From a virus, in the IMG/VR virus record IMGVR_UViG_3300045988_098930: DNA of 64,000 bases; one strand, given 5' to 3'. The notes under the pieces are model-generated. The model ran no database searches. It worked only from the letters and a program-made list of their open reading frames with translations, and was not told the origin of the DNA. Below, piece after piece: positions 63,923 through 64,000 of the stretch (position 1 is its first letter; every line of letters begins with the position of its first letter). The position numbers and the translations under genes were made by a program.

Positions 63923-64000
63923 CGGCAGAGCATTATAAAGCTGCTCCTGCTCGTCCTCTGATAGCTTGCCTATGATACGTGAAGCGACGCTGGCAGATAC

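Larger units (their letters stand above)
1..64000. mobile_element. Temperate siphovirus-like phage genome segment (structural/lysis arm on plus strand, integrase/metabolism/replication/DGR arm on minus strand)
   Basis: Every recognisable gene is phage-type (terminase, portal, capsid, tape measure, lysins, serine integrase, replication). The two arms converge at 36.6-36.8 kb. Confidence 0.9.

Noticed and set aside
1-64000. Stop-codon reassignment (TAG or TGA recoding) and CRISPR arrays.
   Set aside because: All large conserved genes are intact under the standard code, apart from nrdD, which is explained by the intron. No regularly spaced direct repeats were seen.

Overview
The window looks like most of a temperate siphovirus-type phage genome in its unintegrated arrangement. 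The host is probably an anaerobic Gram-positive (Bacillota) bacterium, judging by strong AGGAGG ribosome-binding sites, SH3b lysins, anaerobic RNR and a large serine integrase. No flanking host genes are visible. Plus strand, 1-36.6 kb: packaging, head, tail, a long tail-fibre cassette and lysis genes. Minus strand, 36.8-64 kb: integrase, nucleotide metabolism (dut, nrdG, nrdD, NrdH-like, nucleotidase, kinase, ThyX-like), a methyltransferase, replication genes (DnaE, Cas4-like nuclease, primase, DnaB, AAA ATPase), small early genes, two tRNAs and a complete diversity-generating retroelement (DGR). The main non-routine observations are these. (1) The DGR has a hand-aligned 128-nt TR/VR pair with 15 of 16 mismatches at TR adenines. 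Its target gene is separated from its only ATG by a 12-nt poly-G tract, and its RT gene ends inside a tRNA-Gln. (2) nrdD carries both an apparent group I intron with an HNH endonuclease and a LAGLIDADG intein in the active-site CC motif. (3) A RuvC/ClpP-like/PIN-PhoH island sits behind tandem terminators inside the tail module. (4) A second poly-G tract lies in a leader ORF upstream of a fibre-like gene that lacks an RBS. (5) A subtilisin-SH3b protein is paired with an NlpC/P60-SH3b lysin. (6) A GC-rich insert lies in the fibre cassette. All calls come from reading the sequence and ORF translations by eye. No database search was run.
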